64,000 nucleotides of DNA, from the NCBI RefSeq assembly GCF_009914755.1, contig NC_060933.1. The stretch is one strand, 5' to 3'. The notes under the pieces are model-generated. The model searched no databases, had not been told where the DNA came from, and saw only the letters and a list, made by a program, of their open reading frames with translations. Made by a program: the position numbers and the translations under genes. This document shows positions 48,555-62,504 of this stretch, one piece after another. The stretch comes from the human T2T-CHM13v2.0 reference genome, Homo sapiens. The stretch's first letter is position 1; the number at the start of each line of letters is the position of its first letter.

Positions 48555-48691
48555 TTTGTATTTTTAATTTTTATAGAGACAGGGTCTTGCTGTGTTGCCC
48601 AGGCTGGTCTCAAACTCCTGGCCTCAAGAGATCCTCCTGCCTCAATCTCCCAAAGTGCTGGGGCTACAGGTGTGAACCACTGTGCCTGGCC
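48555..48691 (-). mobile_element. FLAM-like Alu monomer
   Basis: Single left monomer. Confidence 0.82.
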
Positions 48692-49291
48692 TCATTTCTG
48701 TTTTCTACTAGCTGCCCTTGTTCTTTGTTTTCCTTTTTCACTTTTCCCTGTCTTCTCTGGTTTTGGTTGAGCATATTATGTGATTTCATTTTGCCTCCTC
48801 CCTTATTATATCAACTATACTCCTTTAAAAATTATTTCACTAGTTGCCTACATTCACAACTATTCCAAGTTGACTTTCATATAACACTATATCACTTCAT
48901 GGGTAGTATTAGTGTTGCCAGAAAAAGGGATCCTATCCAGACCCCAAGAGAGGGTTCTTGGATTTCATGCAGGAAGGAATTCAAGGTGAGTCAGAGTTCA
49001 GTGAAAAGAGATAGTTTATTGAAAGCGACTCAGAGAGTAGGGTGTAGTTTATTGAAAGCAGCTCAGAGAGTAGGGTGTCCTCAGAAGGCAAGAAGGGGAA
49101 TCTGCTTTGTTTTAAACTATTTTTATACAGCGTTCTTATCTATGCAAAAGTTAAGCTAAGTTATGTCTACGTGCAGGTAAGCTGACAGCGTGGCAAAATT
49201 TAGTACTTTGCTGATTAAAAAAAAAAAAACTATCCTTGGCATTCTAGTGTGTAAGTACATCAAAGTACATCAAAGCATGACTATAACTATC

Positions 49292-49609
49292 TTTTTTTTT
49301 TTTTTGAGACAGAGTCTTGCTGTGTTGCCCAGGCTGGAGTGTGTGTGATCTCGGCTCACTGCAACCTCTGCCTCCTGGGTTCAAGCAATTCTCCTGCCTC
49401 AGCCTCCTGAGTAGCTGGGACTACAGGTATGCACCACCACACCTGGCTAATTTGCTTTCTTTCTTTCTTTTTTTTTTTTTGTATTTTTAGTACAGACAGG
49501 GTTTCACCATGTTGGCCAGGCTGGTCTTGAACTCCTGACCTCAGGTGATCCACCCACCTTGGCCTCCCAAAGAACTGGGGATTACAGGTGTGAACCACTG
49601 AGCCCAGCC
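49292..49609 (-). mobile_element. AluS (left member of head-to-head pair)
   Basis: Antisense Alu with expanded middle T-tract. Confidence 0.92.
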
Positions 49610-49611
49610 TA

Positions 49612-49984
<373 letters not shown>

Positions 49985-50084
49985 CTATCAGGCATTACTA
50001 AACTATTTCCTAAGCTGTAAACATCTTATGACCATGGGTCATGATTGGCAAGGAATGTGCCTTGCCAGTTTTAAGATGGAGTGG

Positions 50085-50397
50085 TTTGTTTATTTGTTTC
50101 TTAGTTTGTTTGTTTGAGAAAGGGTCTTACCTGTTGCCTAGGTGGGAGTGCAGTGGTGCGATCTTGGCTCACTGCAACCTCCACCTCCTGGGCTCAAGGG
50201 ATCCTCTCATCTCAGCCTCTTGAGTATCTGAGACTACAGGCACGCACCACAATGCCTGGCTTATTTTTTGTATTTTTTAGTGGAGATAGGGTGTTGCCAT
50301 GTTGCCCAGGCTGTTCTTGAACTTCTGGACTCAAGCGATCTACCTACCTGGCTTCCCAAAGTGCTGGGATTATAGGTGTAAGCCACCGTGCTCGGAC
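50085..50397 (-). mobile_element. AluJ
   Basis: TSD tggagtgg; (TTTG)n tail. Confidence 0.88.
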
Positions 50398-50474
50398 TGG
50401 AGTGGATTTTAAAATGGTGTCACCCTGGCTCTCCTATGCTCCTGTTTCCCTAACACAAGTACTTTATAACAGAC

Positions 50475-51119
50475 TGTATTGATCAGTATTCTATAGAGAG
50501 ACAAAACCAATAGGATAAACAGAGGCATATATAGATATAGATATAGATATAGATATAGATATAGATATAGATAGATATAGGAGAGGGGATTTATTGTCAG
50601 CATTGATTCACATGATTATGGAGGCTAAGAAGTCCCACAATAGGTTTTTTGCAAGACTACCAGAGAAGCTGGCAGCACGGCTCATTCTTAATGAGAAGGT
50701 TGAAGAACCAAGGAAGTTGATGGTGTAACTCAGTCTGAAACAAAAGCCTGAGAGCTCTGGGGGTAGGGGGTGCTGGTGGGAATCCCAGAGTCCAAAAGCT
50801 GAAGAACCTGGAGTTCTGACATCCAAGGGCAGGAGGAGAGGGGCTTCCCTGCTCCGAAAGGGAGAGAGAGAGGAAGTAATCGCTTCCTTGGCGGGAGAGA
50901 AAGTGTTCCTTTTCCTTCTGCCTTTTTGTTCCATGCACCTTCAGCTGGTTGAATGACGCCTGCTCACGCTGGGGGCAGATCTTCCCTCATTCCATCCACT
51001 GAGTCCCATGCCAGTCTCCTCTGAATAATCCCCTCACAGACACACCCAGAAACAATCCTTTACCAGCCATCTAGGCATCCCTCAATTCAGTCAAGTTAAC
51101 AGCTAAAATATTCAACACA
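50475..51119 (-). mobile_element. MLT2B-like LTR containing (ATATAG)n at about 50527-50580
   Basis: agagagacaaaaccaatagga...gattatggaggctaagaagtcccacaatagg...cagtcaagttaaca. Confidence 0.85.
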
Positions 51120-51517
51120 CAGAGTATTCCAAATTCCTCCTTCCTGCATCAATGTCAGTCTTTCTACTTTTCCAAAGGCCATAATCTCTGAATCCATTGT
51201 TGCTGTCATTGATTTGAATAAACTGTTTTTAGTTAGATGAATTAGGAATAAGTAAAATGAAATAGTTTATTTTATCCTTATTCATTCTTTCTATAATGTT
51301 CTTTTTTTTCTTTATATAGATCAGAGTTTCTGAGCTATATCACGCTGAAGAAATTCTTTTTTTCATGGTTCTGAAATATGCTTTATTTATTTTTTTCCAG
51401 CTTTATTGAGCTATGATTGACAGATACAAATTGTATATGTTTAAGGTATACAGTGTGATATTTCGATATATGTATACATTGTAAAATGACCACCACAATC
51501 TAATATATCCATCACCT

Positions 51518-51548
<31 letters not shown>

Positions 51549-52694
51549 TGAGAACATGTAAGATCTATTCTCTTAGCACTTTTCAAGTAAACAATACATT
51601 ATTATAAACCGTGGTCACCATGCTATATATTAGGGTTCAGAACCTTTACAGTGGAAAGTTTGTATTCTTTGATCATGCCCTCATTTATTCCACCTCCTGG
51701 CCACTCATAACCACTCTTGTGCTCTCTACTTCCATGAGGTTTACTTTTTCAGATTCCACCTATAAATGAGATCATGCAGTATTTGTCTTTTAGTGTCTTG
51801 CTTCTTTCACCTAGCATAATGTTCTCCAGGTTCATCTATGTTTTTGCAAATGAGAGCATTTCTTTCTTTTTTAAGGCTAGATAATATTCCATTGTACATA
51901 TGATATTGCATTTAAAAACTCCATTTAACTATCCACAGACACTTAGGTGATTTCCTCACCTTGACTGTAGTGAATAATACTGTAATGAACATGCGGGTGC
52001 AGACATCTCTTCAAGACAGTGATGGTATTTCCTTTAGATATATACCCAGAAATGGGATTGCTGGATCATATGAAATTTCTATTTTTAATTTTTTCAGGAA
52101 ACTTTATACTATTTTCCATGATGGCTGAACCAATTTACATTTTAACGAGCAGTGTGTAGGGTTATCTTTCCTCCACATCCTCTCCAACATCTCTTATCTT
52201 TTTACTTTTTGATCATCGTCATCCTAAAAGGTGTGAGGTGATATCTCATTGTGACTTTGTTTTGCATTTCCCTGATGATTAGTGATATCGAGCATCTTTT
52301 CATATAACTGTGGGCCATTTGTATATCTCCTTTTCAAAAGTGTCTATTCAGGTCTTTTGCCCATTTTTTATTGGGCTGTTAAGTATCTTTGATGTTGGGT
52401 TGCATGAGTTCCTTACATATTTTGAATATTAACCCCTTATTAGGTGTATGTTGTGCAAATATTTTCTCCCATTCCATAGATTTTCTTTTCATTTTGTTGA
52501 TGGTTTCCCTTCTGTGCAGAACCCTTATAGTTTGATCTAGCCCCATTTGTTTATTTTGGCTTTTGTTGCCTGGGCTTTTGGTATCATATCCAACAAATAA
52601 CTGTCAAGACCAATGTCATGGATCTTTTTCCCTGTTTTTTTTTTTTCTAGGAGTGTTAAAGTTTCAGATCTTACATTTAAGCCTTTCATCCATT

Positions 52695-55435
52695 ATATTT
52701 GGATTTCCATAGGTACATAGTAGGTGTACACATTTATGGAATATGTGAGATATTTTGATACAGGCATACAATGCATAATAATCAAATCAGGGTAAATGGG
52801 ATATCTATCGCCACAAGCTTTTATCATTTCTTTGTGTTACAAACATTCTAATTATACTTTTTTAGTTCCTTTTAAATGTATAATAAGTTATTGTTGGCTG
52901 TAGTCACCCTGTTGTGCTATCAAACACTAGATCATATTCATTCTATCTACCTATATTTCTGTACCCATTAACCATCCTCACTTTCCTCCTGCTGCCTCCC
53001 CACTACACTTCCCAGCCTCTGGTAATCATTATTCTACTCTGTATCTCCACGAATTAAGTTGTTTTAATTTTTATCTCTTACAAATGAGTGAGAATATGTG
53101 AGGTTTGTCTTTCTGTGCCTGGCTTATTTCACTTAACATAATGGCTTCTAGTTCCATCCACGTTGTTGCAAGTGACAGGATTTCATTCTTTTTTATGGTT
53201 GAATAGTACTCCATTGTGTGTATGTACCACATTCTCTTTTTACAATATTTTTATTATTTTTAAAAAGATAAAAATGAGATGGGGGGGTCTCTCTATGTTG
53301 CCCAGGCTGGTCTCCAACTCCTGGGCTCAAGCAATCCTCCTGCCTTGGCCTCCCAAAGTGCTAGGATTACAGGTGTGAGCCACTGCACCTGGTCTGTACC
53401 ACATATTCTTTATCCATTCATCTGCTGATGGACAATTACGTTGATTCCAAATCTTGGCTATTGTGAATAGTGCTGCCATAAACAAGGAGTGCAGATATCT
53501 TTTTAATATACTGATTTCCTTCCTTTTGGATCTGTATCTAGCAGTGGGATTGCTGGATCATATGGTAGTTCTACTTTCAGTTTTTTGATTAACCTCCAAA
53601 CTTCTCTGTGGTGGCTGTACTAATTTACATTCCCACCAACAGTGTATGAGGGTTCCCTTTTCTCTACATCCTTGCCAGCATTCATTATTGACTGTCTTTT
53701 AGATAAAGCCATTTTTACAGGGGTGAGATGATATCTCATTGTAGTTTTGGTTTGCATTTCTCTGATGATCAGTGATGCAGAGCACCTTTCCATATGCCTG
53801 TTTGCCATTTATATGTCCTTGTTTTGAGAAATGTTTATTGAGATGTTTTGTTCATTTTTTAATTCAAATTATTATATTATTCCCTATAGAGTTGTTTGAG
53901 CTCCTTATATATTCTGGTTATTAATTTCTTCTCAGATCAATAGTTTGCAAATATGTTTTCCCATTCTGTGGGTAGTCTCTTCATTGTATTGTTTCCTTTG
54001 CCGTGCAGAAGCTTTTTAACTTGATGTGATCCCATTTGCCCACGTTTGCTTTGTTTGCCTGTACTTGTGGAGTGCAAGAAATCTTTGCCCAGACCAATGT
54101 CCTGGAGAGTTTCCCCAAGGCTTCCGTGTAGTAGTTTCATAGTTTGAGGTTTCAGATGTAAGTCTTTAATCCATTTTGATTTGATTTTTGTATATGGCAA
54201 GAAATAGGGGTCTAGTTTCACTCTTTTTCATATGGATATCCAGTTTTCCCAGCACCATTTATTGAAGAGACTGCCCTTTCTCCAATGTTCTTGGCACCTT
54301 TGTCAAAAATGAGTTCACCGTAGATGTATGAATTTATTTCTGGGTTATCTATTCTGTTCCATTGGTTATAGAACACCAGTCAGATTTAACCCAAAGAATA
54401 CTACCTCAAGGCATTTAATAAGCAAATTCCCAAAGGTCAAGGATAAAGAAAGGATCCTAAAAGCAAGAAGAGAAAAGAAATAACATACAAGGGAGCTCCA
54501 ATACATCTGGCAGCAGGCTTCTCTGTGGAAACCTTATAGGCCGGGAGAGACTGGCATGACATAGTTAAAGTGCTCAAAGAAAAAAAATTATTCTATCTTA
54601 GAATACTATATCCAGGGGAAATATCCTTCAAATATGAAGGAAAAATAAGGACTTTCCTAGACAAATGAAGCTGAGGGATTTCATCAACACCAGACCTGTC
54701 CTACAAGAAATGGTAAAGAAAGTTCTTCAATCTGAAAGCAAAGGATGTTAACGAGCTATAAGAAATCATCTGAAGATATAAAACTCACTGGTAATAGTAA
54801 GTACACAGACAAACACAGAATATTATAACACTATAATTATGATGTGTAAATGACTCTTATCTTGAGTAGAAAGACTAAAAGATGAACCTGTCAGAATAAT
54901 AACTCCAAGTTTTCTAGACATGGACAATATTACAAGATATAAATATAAACAACAAAAAGTTAAAAAAAATAAGGAGGATGAAGTTAAAATGTAGAGTTTG
55001 CATTAGTTTTCTCTTTGCTTGTTTGTTTTTGCAACCAGTGTTAAGTTGTCATCAACTTAAAATACTGGGTAATAAGATGCTATTTGCAAGCTTCATGATA
55101 ACATCAAATCAAAAAACCTACAACAGATACACAAAAGATAAAAAGCAAGAAATTAAAACATATCAAGAGAAAATCACCTGTAATGCAAAGTCCCACAATC
55201 ACTGCACTTTCTCTCCCCCAAGCATACAGATTGTCTCTCTGCACCATGCCTGCAATTCGAAACTGTCTTTCTTACACTCTTCAGTATCTCTTTTTTTTTT
55301 TTTTTTATGATTGCTCACCTGATTTTTGGTTCTTTTGAAGGTGCTTTCTTGTGTACATAGTTGTTCAATTTGGGTGTTCCTATGAGGCTGATGATTGCTG
55401 CAGGGTTCTAATCAGCCATCTTGCTCTGCTGAAAA
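52695..55435 (-). mobile_element. L1MA2/3-like insertion, internally rearranged (ORF1 segment 54369-55180 on + strand)
   Basis: 3' end antisense, sense ORF1 C-terminus and inter-ORF, then antisense 5' end cagccatcttgctc; host L1 resumes at atccatt. Confidence 0.75.
53255..53394 (-). mobile_element. FLAM-like Alu monomer
   Basis: TSD-like tgtaccacat. Confidence 0.85.
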
Positions 55436-56731
55436 TCAAATCCATTTTGAGTTGATGTTTGCAAATAATTTAAGATAAGGATTCAATTTTATTCCTTTGC
55501 ATGTGGATATAGTTCTCCCAACACTATTTATTGAATAGACTATCCTTTCCTCATTGTGTAATCCTGATGCCTTTGTAAAATAGTAGTTGACTATATATGC
55601 ATGGGTTAACTCTATACTCTCCATTCTGTTCCATTGACCTATGTGTCTGTTTTTATGCAAGAACCATACTGTTTTGATTACTATAGTTTTGTAATAAAAT
55701 TTGAAACCAGTGAGTGTGATTCCTCTAGCTTGTTTTATCTTACTCAAGATCACTTTAGCTATTTGGGTCTTTTGTGGCTTCCAGCAAATTTTAAGATTCT
55801 TTTCCCTATTTCGTGAAGAATGCCATTAGAATTTTGAGAAGGATTGCATCGAATCTGTAGGTCACTTTGGGTCAAATGAACATTTTGACAATATTAATCA
55901 TTTCAATCTATAAACATGGGATATCTTTCCCCTTTAGTGTACAGATTTTTTTAGCTCCTTGGTTAAATGTATTCTTAAGTATTTCATTCTTTTTGAGGCT
56001 ATCATAAATGAGACATTTTTCTTAATTTCTTTTTCAGATAGCTTGTTGTTAGTGTATAGAAATGCAACTGATATTTTATGTTGATTTTTATCCTTCAACT
56101 TTACTGATTTGTTTATTAGTTCTAGCACTTTTTGGTGAAGTATATAGACTTTTCTATACATACTCAAATTATTGGCAAACAACCATAATTTTACTTCTTC
56201 CTTTCTTATTTGGATACATTTTATGTCTTTTTCTTGCCTAATTGCTCTTGGTAGTACTTCCAGTACTATATTGAATACAAGTAACAAGAGTGAGGGTCTT
56301 CGTCTTTTTCCTGATCTTAGAGGAAAAGCTTTCAGCTTTTCACCATTGAGTATGATGTTAGCTGTGGGCTTGTCATATCTGGCCTTTATTATATTGTGGT
56401 ACATTCATTCTACACTTACTTTGTTGATAATTTTTATCATGAAAGATGTTGAACTTTGTCAAATGCTTTGTCTGCACCTATTAAGATGACCATATGATTT
56501 TTATACTTCATTCAGTTAATGTGGTGTATCATATTTATTGATTTGCATACATTGAAACACCATTGCCTCTGAAGGATGATCCCACTTGATCATGTTGTGT
56601 GATCCTTTAAATTTAATGTTGAATTATGCTTGCTAGTATATTGCTGAGGATTTTTGCATCTATGTTAATCAGGAATAAGGTCTATAATATTCTTTTCTTC
56701 TGATGTCCTGGTTATGGCTTTTGTACCAGGA

Positions 56732-57154
56732 TGTCTTCGTTTGTTCTGCATTGCTATAAAGGAATACCTGAGGCTGAGTAATTTATAAAGAAAAGAGGTT
56801 TATTTGGCTCGCAGTTCTACAGGCTATACAAGAAGCATGGCACCAGCATCTGCTTCTGGTGAGGGCTTCAAGAAGCTTCCACTCATTGTAGAAGGTGTTG
56901 GGGAGCCAGCATGTCACATGGCAAGAGAGGGTGCAAGAGCAAAAGGGAAGAAGATGCCAGGCTCTTTTTAGCAATAAGATCTTGTGGGAACTACTAGAGT
57001 GAGAACTCACTCATTACCACAAGGAGTGCACCAAGGTGGTCATGAGGGACCTGGGCTTATAACCCAAAGACCTCTCACTGGGCCCCAACCCCAACACTGG
57101 GGATCAAATTTCAACATGAGATTTGGAGGGGACAAATATCCAAAGGATATTGCA
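56732..57154 (-). mobile_element. MSTB-like solo LTR
   Basis: gcattgctataaaggaatacctgaggctg...gagatttggaggggacaaatatccaaa. Confidence 0.88.
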
Positions 57155-57726
57155 CAATAATAATGGCCTCATAAAATGAGTTTGGAAGTGTTCCCTCCTC
57201 TACAGTTTTTTGGAAGAGATTGAGATGGGTTGGTATTCTTCTTTAAATGTCTGGCAGAATTTTCCATGAAGCCATCTGGACATTGACTTTTCTTTGTTCA
57301 CAGAGTTTTTATTACAATTTCAACATCCTTAAAAGTGGTCTTTCAGATATTTCACTTCTTCATGATTCAGTCTTGGTGCATTGTGTGTTTCTAGTAATTT
57401 ATACATTCCTTCTATGTTACCCAATATGTTGGTGTATAATTGTTCATAGTAGTCTCTTAGGATCCTTTGCATTTCTGTGGTATCCATTTAATGTCTCCCA
57501 TTTCATTTCTTTATTTATTTGAGTGTTCTCTCTGTTTTTCTTAGTGGGTACAGCTAAAGGTTTGTCAATTTTGTTTACTTTTCAAAAAACAAACTTTTGG
57601 TTTCATTGACTTTTATATCTTTTCAAGTCTGTCTTTAATTTCTTTCTCCTCTAGTTTTTATTCTTTCCTTTCTTCTGCTGACTTTTTGCTACTTCCTTGG
57701 GGTGAAAAGTTATACTATTTGAGATC

Positions 57727-58112
57727 TGTTGTGGTTTAAATGCATCCCTCTGAAGTTCATTTGTTGGAAACATAATCTCCAATGCAACAGTGTTTGGAAA
57801 TGGGATCTAATGAGAAGTGACTTGGTCCTAAGGGTGAAGTTTTTATGAATGGCTAATATCATTATTGTGAGAGCAAGTTAGTTATCATGAGTAGGTTGTT
57901 ATAAAGTGAGTCCAGCCCCTGATGCCTCTCTCTGTCTCATGTGCTCTCTTGCTCTTCTGCCATGGGATAACACCACAAGAAGACCCTCATCAAATGCCAG
58001 CACCATGCTTTGGACTTACCATTCTTCAGAACTGTGAGAAATACATTTCTTTTCTTTATGCATTACCTAGTCTGCAGTGTTCTGCTATAGACAAAGAAAA
58101 TGGATTAACACA
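57727..58112 (+). mobile_element. MaLR solo LTR (MSTC/D or MLT1A1-like)
   Basis: tgttgtggtttaaatg...aatggattaacaca; perfect 5-bp TSD agatc. Confidence 0.85.
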
Positions 58113-59247
58113 AGATCTTTCTTTAAATATGGGTGTTTATCACTCTAAACTCACCTCTCAGAACTACTTTGGTTGCAGCTCACAGGTTTCAGTATTTTGT
58201 GTTTCCTTTTTTCTGTTTTGTTTTGTTGGCCTCAAAAGATTTGTGTTTCCTTTTTGATTGACCCATTGTTTGTTCAGTAGTGTGTTGTTTAATTTTCACA
58301 TATTTGTGAATTTTCCAAAATTCCTTATTGTTCTAGTTTCATTCTGTTATAATAGGGAAAGAGACTTGATGTAATTTCAGTTTTCTTAAATTTGTTAAGA
58401 CCTGTTTTGTAACCTAATGTATGCTCTATCCTGGAAAATGTTCAACTCTAAAGTTTCCTTATTAGTTTTCTGTCTAGATGATCTGTGCATTGTTGAATGT
58501 TGTGTATTAAAGTTCCTTTCTATTATTGCATTATAGTATATCTCTCCCTTTATTTCTGTTAATATTTGCTTTGTATATTTAGATCATCCAATGTTGGGTG
58601 CATATATGTGTATAATTATTTAGATCCTCTTGATGAATTAGCCCTTTAGTCAAGATACAATGACCTTCTTTGTTTCACTTTAAAGTTTTGATGTAAAGTC
58701 TATTTTGTCTGATATAAGTGTAGCTACTCCTGCATTCTTTTGGTTTTCTTTTGCATGGAATAACTTTTTCCATCCCTTCAGTTTCAGTCTGTATGTCATT
58801 AAAGGTGAAGTGAGTCACTCGTATGCAGCATACAATTGGATCTTGTTTTTAATCCATTCAGTCATTCTTTTTATTTAATCCATTTTCATTTAAAGTACTT
58901 ATGCATACATAAGGACTTACTTTGTTATTTTCTGGTGGTTTCAGAGTATCTTTGTTCCTTTCTTCCTCTCTTGCTGTCTTTCTTTTTGATTTGATGATTT
59001 TCTGTAGAGGCGTGCTTGATTCTTTTCTGGTTTTTGTGTTGACTATGAGCTTTTGCTTTGCAGCTACCATAAGGCAGACATAAGTCATTGTATAGTTACA
59101 ATGGCTCATTTTAAGCTGATAACAACTTAACTTTGATCACATACAAAAACTCTACACTTTTATTTTTTCCCCCACTTCATATGTTTTCGAAGTCACAATA
59201 TTTATCTTTTTAATATTGTGTATCTGTTAATAAATTATTATAGCAAT

Positions 59248-59537
<290 letters not shown>

Positions 59538-59738
59538 AGCAATAATTAATTGTAATACTTTTATCTTTAACTTTTATGCTACAGTTAAAAGTGATTTACA
59601 CAACACCATTATGGTGTTAGAGTAATTTGAATTTGACTATATGTTACTTTGACCACTTAGTTTTATACTTTTGTATGTTTTCATGTTACTAATTGGCAAC
59701 CTTTCATTTCAGCTTGAAGAACTACCTTTAGCATTTCT

Positions 59739-60955
59739 GACCTTTTGATGGAGTTTTTGTGGGGACTTTTTTGTTGATGTTGTTGTTGCTTTCTGTTTGT
59801 TTATTTATTTATTTTTTTAACAGGCCCCCCTTCTATAGGGCTGCTGCAGTTTGCTGGGGGTCCACTCCAGACTCTATTCACCTCAGTCCCTTCTGCACCG
59901 GGTGGTGTCACCAGTGGAGGCCGCAGAACAGCAAAGATGGCTGCCTCCTCCTTCCTCTGGGAGCTCCATTCCAGAGGGGCAGTGACCTTATGCCAGTGGG
60001 ACACCTGTATAAGGTGTCTGATGACCCCTGTTCGGGGGTCTCACCTAGTCAGGAGGCATGGGATCAGGGACCTACTTAAGGAAGCATTCTGACTGCCCCT
60101 CGGCAGAGGGGTGTGTGCTGCGCTGTGGGGAATCCCACTTGACCAGACTGCCTAGATTCCTCAGAGCCAACAGATGGAAAGACTAAGTCTGCTGATCTGC
60201 AGAGACTGTGCTGCCCTTTCCCCCAGGTGCTCTGTCCCAGGGAGATCAAAGTTCTGCCCATAAACCTCTGCTTGGAGTTGCTGAAATTCCTGCAAGGAGA
60301 CCCCACTCAGTGAGGAGAGATGGGTCAGGGCCCGGCCTAAAGAGGAAATCTGACCACGATTTGCCACAGCTGCTGTGGTGTACTGTGGGGAATTCCTCCT
60401 GGATCCAAACTGCCCAGTGTCCTCAGCTCCGGCAGGGGAAAACCGGCAGACTGGAGCTGCAGTTAAGGCTCCCCTACCGCTAGGAGCTCAGTCATCTTAG
60501 GCAGCAGGCAGCAGCAGTGATGATGGCCACCCCTCTCCCTGGGAACTTGGTAGTCTTAGGCAGTCTCCAGCAGAGTGGCTGCTAGGAATCTGTATAGCTC
60601 TGTGCTTGGCATCCAAGGCCCTGATGGCATGGGCTTACAAGGGGGATCTCCTGATCCATGGGTTGCACAGATCTATGGAAAAAGCATGGTTTCCCGGGCG
60701 GGGTAGCACAATCACTCCCCATCTCCCTTGGCTGGTGGTGAGAGCTCCCCTTGCCCTGTGTGGCTCCCAGGTAGGCTATTGCACCACCCTGTTTTCCTCA
60801 GTCTCTGTGGGTCACACCAACCACCTAGTCATTCCCAACAAAAGAACCTGTATACCTCAGTTGCTGGTGCTGGATTCACTCACCGTTTTTCTTCTTCTTA
60901 GTGGGAACCTTTAACAGCAGCTGTTTCCAGTTGGCCATCTTGGTCCCTCCTGCCC
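59739..60955 (-). mobile_element. Primate L1P(A/B) 5'UTR-only insertion
   Basis: ggctgctgcagtttgctgggggtccactccagac, agaacagcaaagatggctgcc; 5' end ggccatcttgg; TSD cctttagcat(t/c)tct. Confidence 0.82.
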
Positions 60956-61271
60956 ACTTCCCTTTAGCATCTCTTGTAAAGCAAATCCAGTGATGAATGC
61001 CCTCAGCTTTAATCTTTCTGGGAAAGTATCTTGCCTCCAATCTGGAGAACAGCTTTGCCAGGTAAAATATTCTTGGTTGACTTTTATTTTTTCTATCAGC
61101 ATTTAAAATATTTCATTCTACTTTTTCCAGGTCTACATGATTTCTGCTGAGATAGCCACTGATAGTCTTACGGGGATTCTCTTGTTTGTGATACATCACT
61201 TTTCTCTTTCTTCTTTCAAACATTTTTCTTTGCCTTTAATTTTAATGGTTTGATTAAAACCTTTCTTAGTG

Positions 61272-61704
<433 letters not shown>

Positions 61705-61709
61705 TAATT

Positions 61710-61998
<289 letters not shown>

Positions 61999-62141
61999 AT
62001 TAATTAATTAGTTAATTAAGAAATAAAAATGTGTCTCAGTGAAGTCCTCTTTGAATTTAACCTGTTTGGGTACTTTGAGTTTCATGTATCTGGATATATA
62101 CATCTTTCCTCACATTTGGAAAGTTTTCAGCCATAATTTTA

Positions 62142-62504
<363 letters not shown>

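Noticed and set aside
55934-56404. 156-aa ORF with reverse-transcriptase-like motifs
   Set aside because: Decayed L1 ORF2 fragment; the catalytic motif reads FANN rather than FADD.
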